Assembly (NCBI GenBank): GCA_963789955.1 | Contig: CAWBMV010000006.1 | Coordinates: forward strand, 192,001-256,000 | Reading direction: 5' to 3' | DNA from: an uncultured Candidatus Rokubacteria bacterium | Lineage (GTDB): Bacteria; Methylomirabilota; Methylomirabilia; Rokubacteriales; CSP1-6 | Length of the DNA: 64,000 nt | Shown here: piece by piece, positions 56,459-64,000 of the stretch | How positions within the stretch are numbered: position 1 is the first letter of the stretch | How the letters are laid out: each line of letters begins with the position of its first letter | The notes under the pieces: generated by a model | Database searches by the model: none | The model's input: only the letters and a program-made list of their open reading frames with translations | Told to the model about the DNA's origin: nothing | Position numbers and translations under genes: made by a program

Positions 56459-57051
56459 AGGTCAGCGGCGTCATCCAGGCCGGGGGCCGGAGCGCGCGCA
56501 TGGGCGGACGGCCCAAGGCCTTGATCGAGCTCGGCGGCCGGCCGATCATCGAGCGCGTGCTCGCGGCACTGGCGCCGGCGGTCGACGACGTGCTCGTCGT
56601 GACCAACACCCCCGAGCTCTACGCGTTCCTCGAGCTGCCGATGGTCGGCGACGTCTACCCGGATCACGGCTCGCTCGGCGGGATCTACTCCGGTCTCGAG
56701 GCCGCGGACGGCGCGGCGGCGCTCACGGTCGCCTGCGATATGCCGTTCCTCCATCCCGACGTGGTCAAGCTCGTCGCCGCGCGGGCCGGTGAGGGGGACG
56801 TCGTGATCCCGCGAGTCGGGAGCCGGCTCGAGACCATGCACGCCGTCTACGACAAGGCCTGCCTGCCGTACATCGCCGAACGGCTCGTCGCCGGACGGCT
56901 CAAGATCGTCGACTTCTTCGAGCGCGTGCGCGTGATCGAGATCGCCGAGGATGAGGTCGCGCGGTTTCGCGACCCGCGGATCGTCTTCATGAACGTGAAC
57001 ACACCGGACGATCTCGAGCGGGCGCGCGCGCTCGCGGCGGAGCTCGGCTGA
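56455..57051 (+). CDS. mobA: Molybdenum cofactor guanylyltransferase
   Basis: AGGRSARMG..KA, GSLGGI, ACDMPF, NVNTPDD. Confidence 0.85.
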   Translation: MKVSGVIQAGGRSARMGGRPKALIELGGRPIIERVLAALAPAVDDVLVVTNTPELYAFLELPMVGDVYPDHGSLGGIYSGLEAADGAAALTVACDMPFLHPDVVKLVAARAGEGDVVIPRVGSRLETMHAVYDKACLPYIAERLVAGRLKIVDFFERVRVIEIAEDEVARFRDPRIVFMNVNTPDDLERARALAAELG

Positions 57052-57053
57052 GC

Positions 57054-58230
57054 ATGGCCAGGCTGCGCCACGTGGTGCTCGTGCACTATCACGAGCTCGG
57101 TCTCAAGCGGGGCAACCGGCCGCTGTTCCTCCGCCACCTCGCGCGGAATCTCCGCCGCGCGACCTCCGATCTCGGCCCGGTGAACCTGCGCCAGGTGTCC
57201 GGCCGCCTCTTGCTGGAGCTGGACGAGCATCCCGACCCGGCGGCGGTCCGCGACCGCGTGCGTCGCGTGTGCGGCGTCGCGAGCGCGGCGCTCGCGTACC
57301 GCGTCGTGTCGACGGTGGAGGCGATGAAGGCGGTCGTCGCCGAGCTCGTCGAGGGCCGAACCTTCGCGTCGTTCAGGATCTCGGCGCGCCGAGCGTTCAA
57401 GACCTATCCGCTCACGAGCGTGGAGCTCAATCGCCAGCTCGGCGCGTTCGTGCTCGAGCGCGTCGCCACCAAGGTCGACCTGCGCCAGCCGGAGCTCGAG
57501 ATCCACGTGGAGGTGATGCCCGCCGAGACGTTCGTCTACGTCGATCCGGAGCCCGGTCCCGGCGGACTTCCGGTCGGCGCGAGCGGCACCGTCGCCGCGC
57601 TCCTGTCGGGAGGAATCGACTCGCCCGTCGCCGCCTGGCGCATGATGAAGCGCGGCTGTCGCGTCGTCTTCGTCCACTTCCACAGCGTGCCGTACCTGCC
57701 GCCCACCTCGCAGGCCAAGGCGCGCGCGCTGGTCGAGCGGCTGACCGCAGTGGCAGTACGACTCGACGCTCGTGCTGGTACCGTTCGGCGAGATCCAGCG
57801 CGAGGTGGTCCTGACGGTCCCGCCGCCGGCGCGCGTCGTGATCTACCGCCGCCTGATGGTGCGGATCGCCGAGGCGCTGGCGCGCAAGCACGGCGCCGTC
57901 GCGCTGACCACCGGCGAAAGCCTCGGTCAGGTCGCGTCGCAGACGCTCCCGAACATCGCACGCATCGACGAGGCCGCGACGATGCCGATCCTGAGGCCGC
58001 TCATCGGCATGGACAAGCTCGAGATCACCGAGCAAGCGCGCCGGCTCGGCACGTTCGAGATCTCGATCGAGCCGGATGCCGATTGCTGCACCTTGTTCGT
58101 TCCAAAGCATCCCGCGACGCACATGTCAGAGCACGAGGTCGGAGCGGTCGAGGCTCGTCTGGACATTCCGCGGCTGGTCGCCGCCGGCTCGGACGGCGCT
58201 TCGGTTGACGCGTTCGCGTTCCCGGCCTGA
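57054..58230 (+). CDS. thiI: tRNA 4-thiouridine synthase (THUMP + PP-loop, no rhodanese domain); frameshift near 57748
   Basis: ELGLKRGNR, LSGGIDSPVA, TGESLGQVASQT, DCC. Confidence 0.92.
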
Positions 58231-58251
58231 AAAGCCCCCTCTGTTGTTACC

Positions 58252-58290
58252 TTGACACGCTGGAGCCACTACCGATATGGTGCCCGTATG
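58252..58290 (+). promoter_or_regulatory. Promoter of rpiB-glyA-nrdR, leaderless configuration
   Basis: TTGACA-18 nt-TATGGT-6 nt-ATG. Confidence 0.65.
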
Positions 58291-58764
58291 ACTGTCGTCG
58301 CCCTGGGCGCGGACCACGCGGGCTTTCCGTTGAAAGAAGACCTCAAGACCTGGCTGATCACTCACGGATACGACGTGGTCGATCTGGGAACCCAGTCGGC
58401 CGAGTCCGTGGACTACCCGGACTTCGCGGTCGGGGTCGGCAGCGCGATCACCGCCGGCAAGGCCGATCGCGGCGTGCTCGTCTGCGGGACCGGTATCGGC
58501 ATGGCCATGGCCGCCAACAAGGTGCCGGGGGTCCGTGCCGCCGCGTGTACCGACGCGTTCGGCGCGCGGATGAGCCGCGAGCACAACGACGCCAACGTCC
58601 TGGCTCTCGGAGCGAGGATCACCGCGCGCGACGCCGCCATCGAGATTCTCGAGATCTGGCTCGGGGCCGAGTTCGCCGGCGGCCGTCACGCCCGGCGAGT
58701 GGAGAAGATCGCCGCCCTCGACCACGCGCGGGAACTGGAGTCCCCCGATGCACAGGCTCGCTGA
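58288..58764 (+). CDS. rpiB: Ribose-5-phosphate isomerase B
   Basis: GADHAG, DYPD, CGTGIG, HNDANVL, GGRH. Confidence 0.95.
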   Translation: MTVVALGADHAGFPLKEDLKTWLITHGYDVVDLGTQSAESVDYPDFAVGVGSAITAGKADRGVLVCGTGIGMAMAANKVPGVRAAACTDAFGARMSREHNDANVLALGARITARDAAIEILEIWLGAEFAGGRHARRVEKIAALDHARELESPDAQAR

Positions 58765-59995
58765 CACCGATCCCGAGGTCGCCAAGGTGCTGCGCGCGGA
58801 GGCGCAGCGGCAGAACCGGAACCTCGAGCTGATCGCCTCCGAGAACTTCGTGTCCGAGGCGGTGCTCGAGGCGGTCGGCTCGGTGCTGACGAACAAGTAT
58901 GCCGAGGGCTATCCGGGACGCCGCTACTACGGCGGCTGCGAGGTCGTCGACGTGGTCGAGGACCTGGCGATCGCGCGCGCCAAGGAGCTCTTCGGCGCCG
59001 AGCACGTCAACGTCCAGCCCCACTCGGGCGCCCAGGCCAACATGGCCGTCTACTTCACCTTGCTCAAGCCCGGCGACACCGTGCTCGGCCCGAATCTCTC
59101 TCACGGGGGCCATTTGACGGCCGGAAGCCCCGTGAACTACTCCGGCAAGTTCTATTCGATCGTCGCCTACGGAGTACGCAAGGACACCGAGCGCATCGAC
59201 CTGGACCAGGTCCGCGATCTGGCGCGCCAGCATCGGCCCAAGATGATCATCGCCGGAGGATCCGCCTTTCCGCGGGCGATCGACTTCGCGCCGTTCGGCG
59301 AGATCGCGCGCGAGGTCGGCGCTATGCTCATGGCGGACATCGCGCATCCGGCCGGGCTCGTCGCCGCCAAGCTTCACCCGTCCCCCGTCGGCATCGCCGA
59401 CTTCGTCACGACCACCACGCACAAGACGCTTCGCGGCCCGCGCGGCGGGATGGTCATGTGCCGTGCGGCGCACGCGCAGGCGCTCGACAAGACCGTGATG
59501 CCCGGCGTGCAGGGCGGCCCGCTGATGCACGTGATCGCCGGCAAGGCCGTGGCGTTCCGGGAAGCCCTCACGCCGGCGTGGCGAGGCTACCAGCAGCAGA
59601 TCGTGAAGAACGCGGCGGCGCTCGCCGCGGCGCTGCTTGGGTACGGCTACCGGCTCGTGACCGGAGGCACCGACACGCATCTCATGCTGCTCGACCTGAC
59701 CACCCGGAACATCACCGGAAAGGACGCCCAGGAGGCACTCGACCGCGCCTGGATCACCGTCAACAAGAACACGGTGCCGTTCGAGACCAAGAGCCCGATG
59801 GTGACCAGCGGCGTCCGCATCGGCACGCCCGCGGTCACGACACGCGGCATGCGCGAGGCCGAGATGGCCGAGATCGCCCGCCTCATCGACCAGGTACTGG
59901 CCAATCTTGGATCCTCGTCGGTCGAAGCGAAGGTGCGGGGAGAGGTGCAGGAGCTGACGAATCGGTTCCCGCTTTATCCGGAGCGAACCCGATGA
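58748..59995 (+). CDS. glyA: Serine hydroxymethyltransferase
   Basis: [26 protein letters not shown]. Confidence 0.97.
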   Translation: MHRLADTDPEVAKVLRAEAQRQNRNLELIASENFVSEAVLEAVGSVLTNKYAEGYPGRRYYGGCEVVDVVEDLAIARAKELFGAEHVNVQPHSGAQANMAVYFTLLKPGDTVLGPNLSHGGHLTAGSPVNYSGKFYSIVAYGVRKDTERIDLDQVRDLARQHRPKMIIAGGSAFPRAIDFAPFGEIAREVGAMLMADIAHPAGLVAAKLHPSPVGIADFVTTTTHKTLRGPRGGMVMCRAAHAQALDKTVMPGVQGGPLMHVIAGKAVAFREALTPAWRGYQQQIVKNAAALAAALLGYGYRLVTGGTDTHLMLLDLTTRNITGKDAQEALDRAWITVNKNTVPFETKSPMVTSGVRIGTPAVTTRGMREAEMAEIARLIDQVLANLGSSSVEAKVRGEVQELTNRFPLYPERTR

Positions 59996-60026
59996 CCCAA
60001 CCGGCATCGGGAAAGGGGGGAGCCCG

Positions 60027-60530
60027 ATGAAGTGCCCGTTTTGCGGTCACACGGAGGATCGGGTTGTCGACTCGCGGGTGGGCCGGGACGGGGAGTTCAT
60101 CCGGCGCCGCCGTGAGTGTCTCAAGTGCCACCGCCGGTACACGACCTACGAATACATCGAGGACGTGCTGCCGCACGTGGTCAAGCGCGACGGGCGCCGC
60201 GAGCCCTTCGACCGCCAGAAGCTTCGCGGCTCCATCTTGAAGTCGTGCGAGAAGCGGTCGGTCGGCGTGCAGGCCGTCGACGACGTCGTCGTCGAGATCG
60301 AGGCCCAGCTGCACGAGCGGGCCGAGAAGGAGATCAGCAGCGAGGAGCTCGGCCGGGTGGTGATGGACCACCTCCAGCGCCTGGACCCGGTCGCCTACGT
60401 GCGGTTCGCGTCGGTCTACCGTCAATTCAAGGACATCGGCCAGTTCGTCGAAGAGGTGAAGGGGCTCCAGCGGGACGACAAGACCAAGCCCGCCCCGGCG
60501 AAGCCACGCCCCCTTGCCAAGACCAAGTGA
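60027..60530 (+). CDS. nrdR: Transcriptional repressor NrdR
   Basis: MKCPFC...RRRRECLKC zinc ribbon, ATP cone, AYVRFASVY. Confidence 0.97.
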   Translation: MKCPFCGHTEDRVVDSRVGRDGEFIRRRRECLKCHRRYTTYEYIEDVLPHVVKRDGRREPFDRQKLRGSILKSCEKRSVGVQAVDDVVVEIEAQLHERAEKEISSEELGRVVMDHLQRLDPVAYVRFASVYRQFKDIGQFVEEVKGLQRDDKTKPAPAKPRPLAKTK

Positions 60531-60542
60531 CCGGGTCGGTTG

Positions 60543-60588
60543 AAATAGCGCGGCCCTGCCGATGGAGTCGGATCGACAGGGCCGAGCG
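60543..60588 (-). terminator. Hairpin terminator, best formed on the minus strand
   Basis: Minus strand CGGCCCTGTCGAT-loop-ATCGGCAGGGCCG (one G-U pair) followed shortly by TATTTC. Confidence 0.6.
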
Positions 60589-60599
60589 CCGCGTGGGCC

Positions 60600-60638
60600 C
60601 TACTTCTTCTTCTTTTTGGTCGCCTTCTTCTTCGCCAA
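60600..60638 (-). CDS. 12-aa lysine-rich micropeptide MAKKKATKKKKK
   Basis: AAGGGAGGTGAGG SD, TTG start 7 nt after GGAGG, TAG stop, own promoter and terminator. Confidence 0.65.
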   Translation of the reverse strand: MAKKKATKKKKK

Positions 60639-60685
60639 CGCCTCACCTCCCTTCGCCGAACGACGAATCGCGTATCTAGCTCGGC

Positions 60686-60714
60686 ATGCTAGTGAGGTGG
60701 CAAAAATCTGTCAA
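60686..60714 (-). promoter_or_regulatory. Sigma70 promoter for the micropeptide unit
   Basis: Minus strand TTGACA-17 nt-TAGCAT. Confidence 0.7.
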
Positions 60715-60721
60715 GACCAAA

Positions 60722-60769
60722 AGTCAATACCTGGGGGTCGTCGAGCATTTCGCGCCCCATATATAGGGT
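60722..60769. promoter_or_regulatory. Tandem NrdR-box-like sites
   Basis: AGTCAATACCTGGGGG (60722) and GCCCCATATATAGGGT (60754), 32 bp apart, compared with consensus acaCwAtATaTwGtgt. Confidence 0.6.
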
Positions 60770-60779
60770 CGTCCGTAAA

Positions 60780-60808
60780 TTGACTTCCCGGGGGCCGCGA
60801 TGTAGCGT
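60780..60808 (+). promoter_or_regulatory. Sigma70 promoter for the radical SAM gene
   Basis: TTGACT-17 nt-TAGCGT. Confidence 0.6.
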
Positions 60809-60871
60809 GAGCGCACGGTCGGGGCACGGCCCATCACCCATAACTTTCCGCTCTTGAGGAGATCTCCCTCG

Positions 60872-62689
60872 ATGAGACGCGCGCTTAAGAAGCTTGTGTT
60901 CGTAGAACCGAAATCGACGCATCTGCACATCTATAGCCGGGTCTGTATTCCGCGCATCGGCTCGGTCCTGCTCGGCACCATCATGCGGGCCAAGGGCTAC
61001 GACGTCCGGGTCTACATCGAGGACATCCAGCCCCCCGACATGCAGGAAGTGCTCTCGGCCGACCTCGTCGCGATCTCGGCCATTACCTCGACGGCGCCGC
61101 AGTCCTACCGGCTGGCGGACCAGGTCCGCGCGGCGGGCGGAATTGCCGTCCTCGGCGGGACCCACGTGAGCTTCCTGCCGGAGGAAGGGCTCGAGCACGC
61201 GGACTTCGTCGTCCGCGGTGAGGGCGAGTTCGCGTTCCAGGAGCTCGTCGACGCCATCCAGGCCGGTCACGGGTTCGAGCAGATCAAGAACCTCTCGCAC
61301 ATCGTGGACGGGAAGGTGGTCAACCACCCGGAGCGCCCGAAGATCCCGAATCTCGACGTGAACCCGATTCCGGACTACAAGCTGATCACGGGCTGGAAGC
61401 CCGGCGGGGTCATCTCGGTCGCGACGTCGCGCGGCTGCCCGTTTTCGTGCACCTTCTGCTCGGTGCCGGGCATGTACGGCCACGCGTTCCGCACCCACTC
61501 GGTCGACCGCGTGCTGCAGGAGCTCGAGAGCCACCGGGGCAACGCCTATACGTTCTTCGCGGATGACATCTTCACGGCGAACAAGAAGCGCGTGAAGGAG
61601 CTCCTGCGCGGGATGATCGAGCGCAACCTCATTCCCGATTGGGGCGCCCAGGTCCGGACAGAAACCGTCGACGATCCCGAGCTCCTCGAGCTCATGCAGG
61701 CGGCGAACTGCTTCAACGTCTACGTCGGCTTCGAGTCCATCAATCCCCGGACGCTCAAGCTCTTCCAGAAGAAGCAGGACCTCGCGAAGATCGAGCGCTC
61801 GATCGAGCGCTTCCACGCCCACAAGATCCGGATCCACGGCATGTTCGTGGTCGGGTCCGATGAGGACGACGTCGAGACGATCGACGCCACCGCCGAGTTC
61901 GCGCTCAAGAACGACATCGACTCGATCCAGTTCATGATCCTGACGCCGATTCCGGGCTCGCCCGACTGGGAGCAGCTCTACGACCGCGGCGACAAGTACG
62001 TGATCAGCAAGAACTGGCAGTTTTACGACGGCCACCACGTCGTGCACCAGCCGCGGCGCATGAGCCCGTACGAGCTGCAGACGGGCGCGCTCGACGCCAT
62101 GGCGAAGTTCTACTCCTGGCGCGGTATCGCGAAGAAGCTCCTGAAGGGCGACCACTACTACGCGGCGATCCGGTACTTCGGCAAGCGAATGGTCCGCGAC
62201 TGGTGGAAGGACGACGAGAACCGCCAGCACGTCGAGTGGCTCAAGGCTCAGCTCTACTCGGATGCGAAGGAGCTCGGGCACCATGCGCTTCAGCGGGTGG
62301 GGCTTCCGGCCATCCTGCTGCAAGATTCCGTGGGACGCCTGCTCCAGCGCTTCCTGGGCGAGCTCGGCGTGACCGTCGTGCCGCTCGCGGAAGCCGCGGC
62401 CGAAGGCGCGGCGCGCGCCAAGGAAACCGTCGACTGCCTGATCACGCCGATCGTGAAGCGCGCGGTGAAGGAGCGCGAGGAGTTCTACGCGAATCTCGCC
62501 ACCGTGAACACCTTGCTGCAGAGCCAGTGGGAGAAGCTGCCACGCGTGAGCTTCCCGCTGCTCGACGGCCAGGGACCGGTGTTCGAGCCGTTCGCCAAGA
62601 TCGGTCTGCTCTTCACCAAGAACCTCGACCGCATCCGCGACGCCTACAAAACCGCCGGGGTCGCTGAAGGTCTCTGGGAAGCTGCGTAG
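60872..62689 (+). CDS. B12-binding domain radical SAM protein with extra C-terminal domain
   Basis: N-terminal cobalamin-binding-like region (GGTHVS, VVRGEGE), SRGCPFSCTFC, FADDIF, VGFES; SD GAGGAG. Confidence 0.88.
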   Translation: MRRALKKLVFVEPKSTHLHIYSRVCIPRIGSVLLGTIMRAKGYDVRVYIEDIQPPDMQEVLSADLVAISAITSTAPQSYRLADQVRAAGGIAVLGGTHVSFLPEEGLEHADFVVRGEGEFAFQELVDAIQAGHGFEQIKNLSHIVDGKVVNHPERPKIPNLDVNPIPDYKLITGWKPGGVISVATSRGCPFSCTFCSVPGMYGHAFRTHSVDRVLQELESHRGNAYTFFADDIFTANKKRVKELLRGMIERNLIPDWGAQVRTETVDDPELLELMQAANCFNVYVGFESINPRTLKLFQKKQDLAKIERSIERFHAHKIRIHGMFVVGSDEDDVETIDATAEFALKNDIDSIQFMILTPIPGSPDWEQLYDRGDKYVISKNWQFYDGHHVVHQPRRMSPYELQTGALDAMAKFYSWRGIAKKLLKGDHYYAAIRYFGKRMVRDWWKDDENRQHVEWLKAQLYSDAKELGHHALQRVGLPAILLQDSVGRLLQRFLGELGVTVVPLAEAAAEGAARAKETVDCLITPIVKRAVKEREEFYANLATVNTLLQSQWEKLPRVSFPLLDGQGPVFEPFAKIGLLFTKNLDRIRDAYKTAGVAEGLWEAA

Positions 62690-62690
62690 C

Positions 62691-62840
62691 GTCGGCCGGG
62701 TCGAGGCGGGGCTGGGATGTGCCTGCCTCGACCTGGTAGCAACCCGCCCTGCTGGGAATTCCTCCGGACTCTGCGTCGGGACAACCCTGACTACACAGGT
62801 CGAGGCAGACACATCCCAGCCCCACCTCGACCCGGCCGAC
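62691..62840. repeat. Long inverted repeat element 1 (45-bp arms)
   Basis: 62691-62735 matches the reverse complement of 62796-62840 at 43 of 45 positions. Confidence 0.9.
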
Positions 62841-62904
62841 TCCGCGCTTCCGGCCGTTCTCGCGACTCGGCGCTTCGGTCTTGCTTCGAACCTAAGGCCT
62901 CGCC

Positions 62905-63068
62905 GCGGCGGACGGTCAGGGGTGGTGGGAGCGGGGTCGCGCGACCCGTTCCCTTCGAAGCGGTATCGAACGCCGCGCGCCCGGATGGAGCCCAGCCGCC
63001 GCGGAGCAGCGCACGCGTGCCGCGTGGTCGCGCGACCCCGCTCCCACCACACCCTGACCGTCTGCCGC
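62905..63068. repeat. Long inverted repeat element 2 (42/43-bp arms)
   Basis: 62905-62946 pairs with 63026-63068, with one mismatch and one bulge. Confidence 0.9.
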
Positions 63069-63751
63069 TATGCTTCTTTGGGTTCTTGGACGGAGGAGGG
63101 TTTGCGGGCGTGGCGGCGTCGCACGAACTCTTCGTTGAGGGGGACGCCGCGCTTGCAGAACGGACACTTGTCGGCGTCGTAGGTCGGGAAGTCGCGGCTC
63201 ACCAGGCTGAAGACCGGGCGGTTCTCGAGCTCCACGGACGTACGACGCCACAAGCAGCCGATGCCGACCACGAGCCCGCCGAGCTGCTCCACCAGGTTGA
63301 TCAGAAGGCTCAGGGTCGAGCCGGTGCTGACGAGATCTTCGATCAACAGGATTTTCACGCTGGGTCGGATGAGCCGCTGGAACTCGACGGGCAGGGAGAC
63401 GCGCCGCTTGCCGCCGGAGAGTCCCTTCGTGCCGTAGACCACGATCGGGCGCGACGGATGCGCGCGCGCCACGCAGTGGGAGAGGATCAGCGCGCCCGGG
63501 CCGGTCGAGAGGACCATGTCGACCGGCCACTGCGCGAAGTGCTTGGCGATCACCGCGCCGAGACCCTCCGTGAACGAGGGCTCCGTGGTCACCAGGGTCT
63601 TCTCGATGTACTCGGTCGTGTGCTGGCCCGACGGAAGCAGAATGTGATCGTTGGCGTGATAAGCGCCGGTCCGTTTGAGGATTTCGAGGTGGATCTTCTC
63701 CCGGACCTCGGTCTCGACGGCGGCGGGGTCTTTCCTGGCGGCAGCGCTCAT
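63068..63751 (-). CDS. Phosphoribosyltransferase, orotate PRTase-like
   Basis: HILLPSGQH, PRPP loop ILLIEDLVSTGST, C-terminal CPFCKRGVP; SD GAGGAGG. Confidence 0.75.
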   Translation of the reverse strand: MSAAARKDPAAVETEVREKIHLEILKRTGAYHANDHILLPSGQHTTEYIEKTLVTTEPSFTEGLGAVIAKHFAQWPVDMVLSTGPGALILSHCVARAHPSRPIVVYGTKGLSGGKRRVSLPVEFQRLIRPSVKILLIEDLVSTGSTLSLLINLVEQLGGLVVGIGCLWRRTSVELENRPVFSLVSRDFPTYDADKCPFCKRGVPLNEEFVRRRHARKPSSVQEPKEA

Positions 63752-63830
63752 CGCGGCCCTCCTCGGGGCATTATCGCACGCGCCGGATCGGCGACGAGTC
63801 GCGCTTTGGGCGCATGCTAGACTCCCTTCC

Positions 63831-64000
63831 ATGCGCGTGCTCGCCGTCGAAACCTCGACGCTGTCCGGCGGCGCTGCACTCCTCGACGGCGAGCGGATCG
63901 TCGGCGAGTACACGCTCGACGTGCGCATGACCCACTCGGAGCGCTTGATGGCCGCGATCGATCAGCTCTTGACCGACGCCGGCTGGACCGCGCGCGACCT
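63831..64000 (+). CDS. tsaB: tRNA threonylcarbamoyladenosine biosynthesis protein TsaB (partial)
   Basis: MRVLAVETST...THSERLMAAIDQLL; TGcTAGACT 7 nt before the ATG. Confidence 0.88.
   Translation, partial: MRVLAVETSTLSGGAALLDGERIVGEYTLDVRMTHSERLMAAIDQLLTDAGWTARD

Noticed and set aside
60562..60783. Plus-strand 73-aa ORF with a poly-Phe stretch
   Set aside because: It is the reverse complement of the Lys codons; the SD, promoter and terminator support the minus-strand micropeptide instead
62691..63068. Possible CRISPR array or tRNA in the repeat region
   Set aside because: The repeats are inverted, not direct with spacers; there is no cloverleaf and no cas gene

Overview
A high-GC bacterial chromosome segment. 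Gene content and style suggest an uncultured lineage such as Ca. Rokubacteria/Methylomirabilota, but that is inference only. Most of the window is core genome: rplM-rpsI-argCJ-rpsB-tsf-pyrH-frr-uppS-cdsA-dxr-rseP-ispG, then rimP-nusA-infB-rbfA-truB-ribF-rpsO-pnp, a large pur cluster, and thiI-rpiB-glyA-nrdR. About 17 genes, several of them essential, carry single-base frameshifts that I read as sequencing errors rather than pseudogenes. The left end holds a Liv-type ABC transporter plus acyl-CoA ligase. Divergent from it is an operon with two ferritin-like proteins (one with a full diiron ligand set, one degenerate), biotin carboxylase, BCCP and DinB, and a palindromic operator at its promoter. 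A second RpoD-like sigma factor and a lipid-linked glycosylation cluster follow. The most striking unannotated region is the 340 bp after nrdR. It contains a complete antisense transcription unit (promoter, strong SD, terminator) for a 12-aa lysine-rich peptide, and two NrdR-box-like sites 32 bp apart between that promoter and the promoter of a B12-binding radical SAM gene. Other observations are several probable leaderless genes, two probable CTG starts, two long inverted-repeat elements and an orphan gene remnant. I saw no tRNA, rRNA, CRISPR array or transposase.
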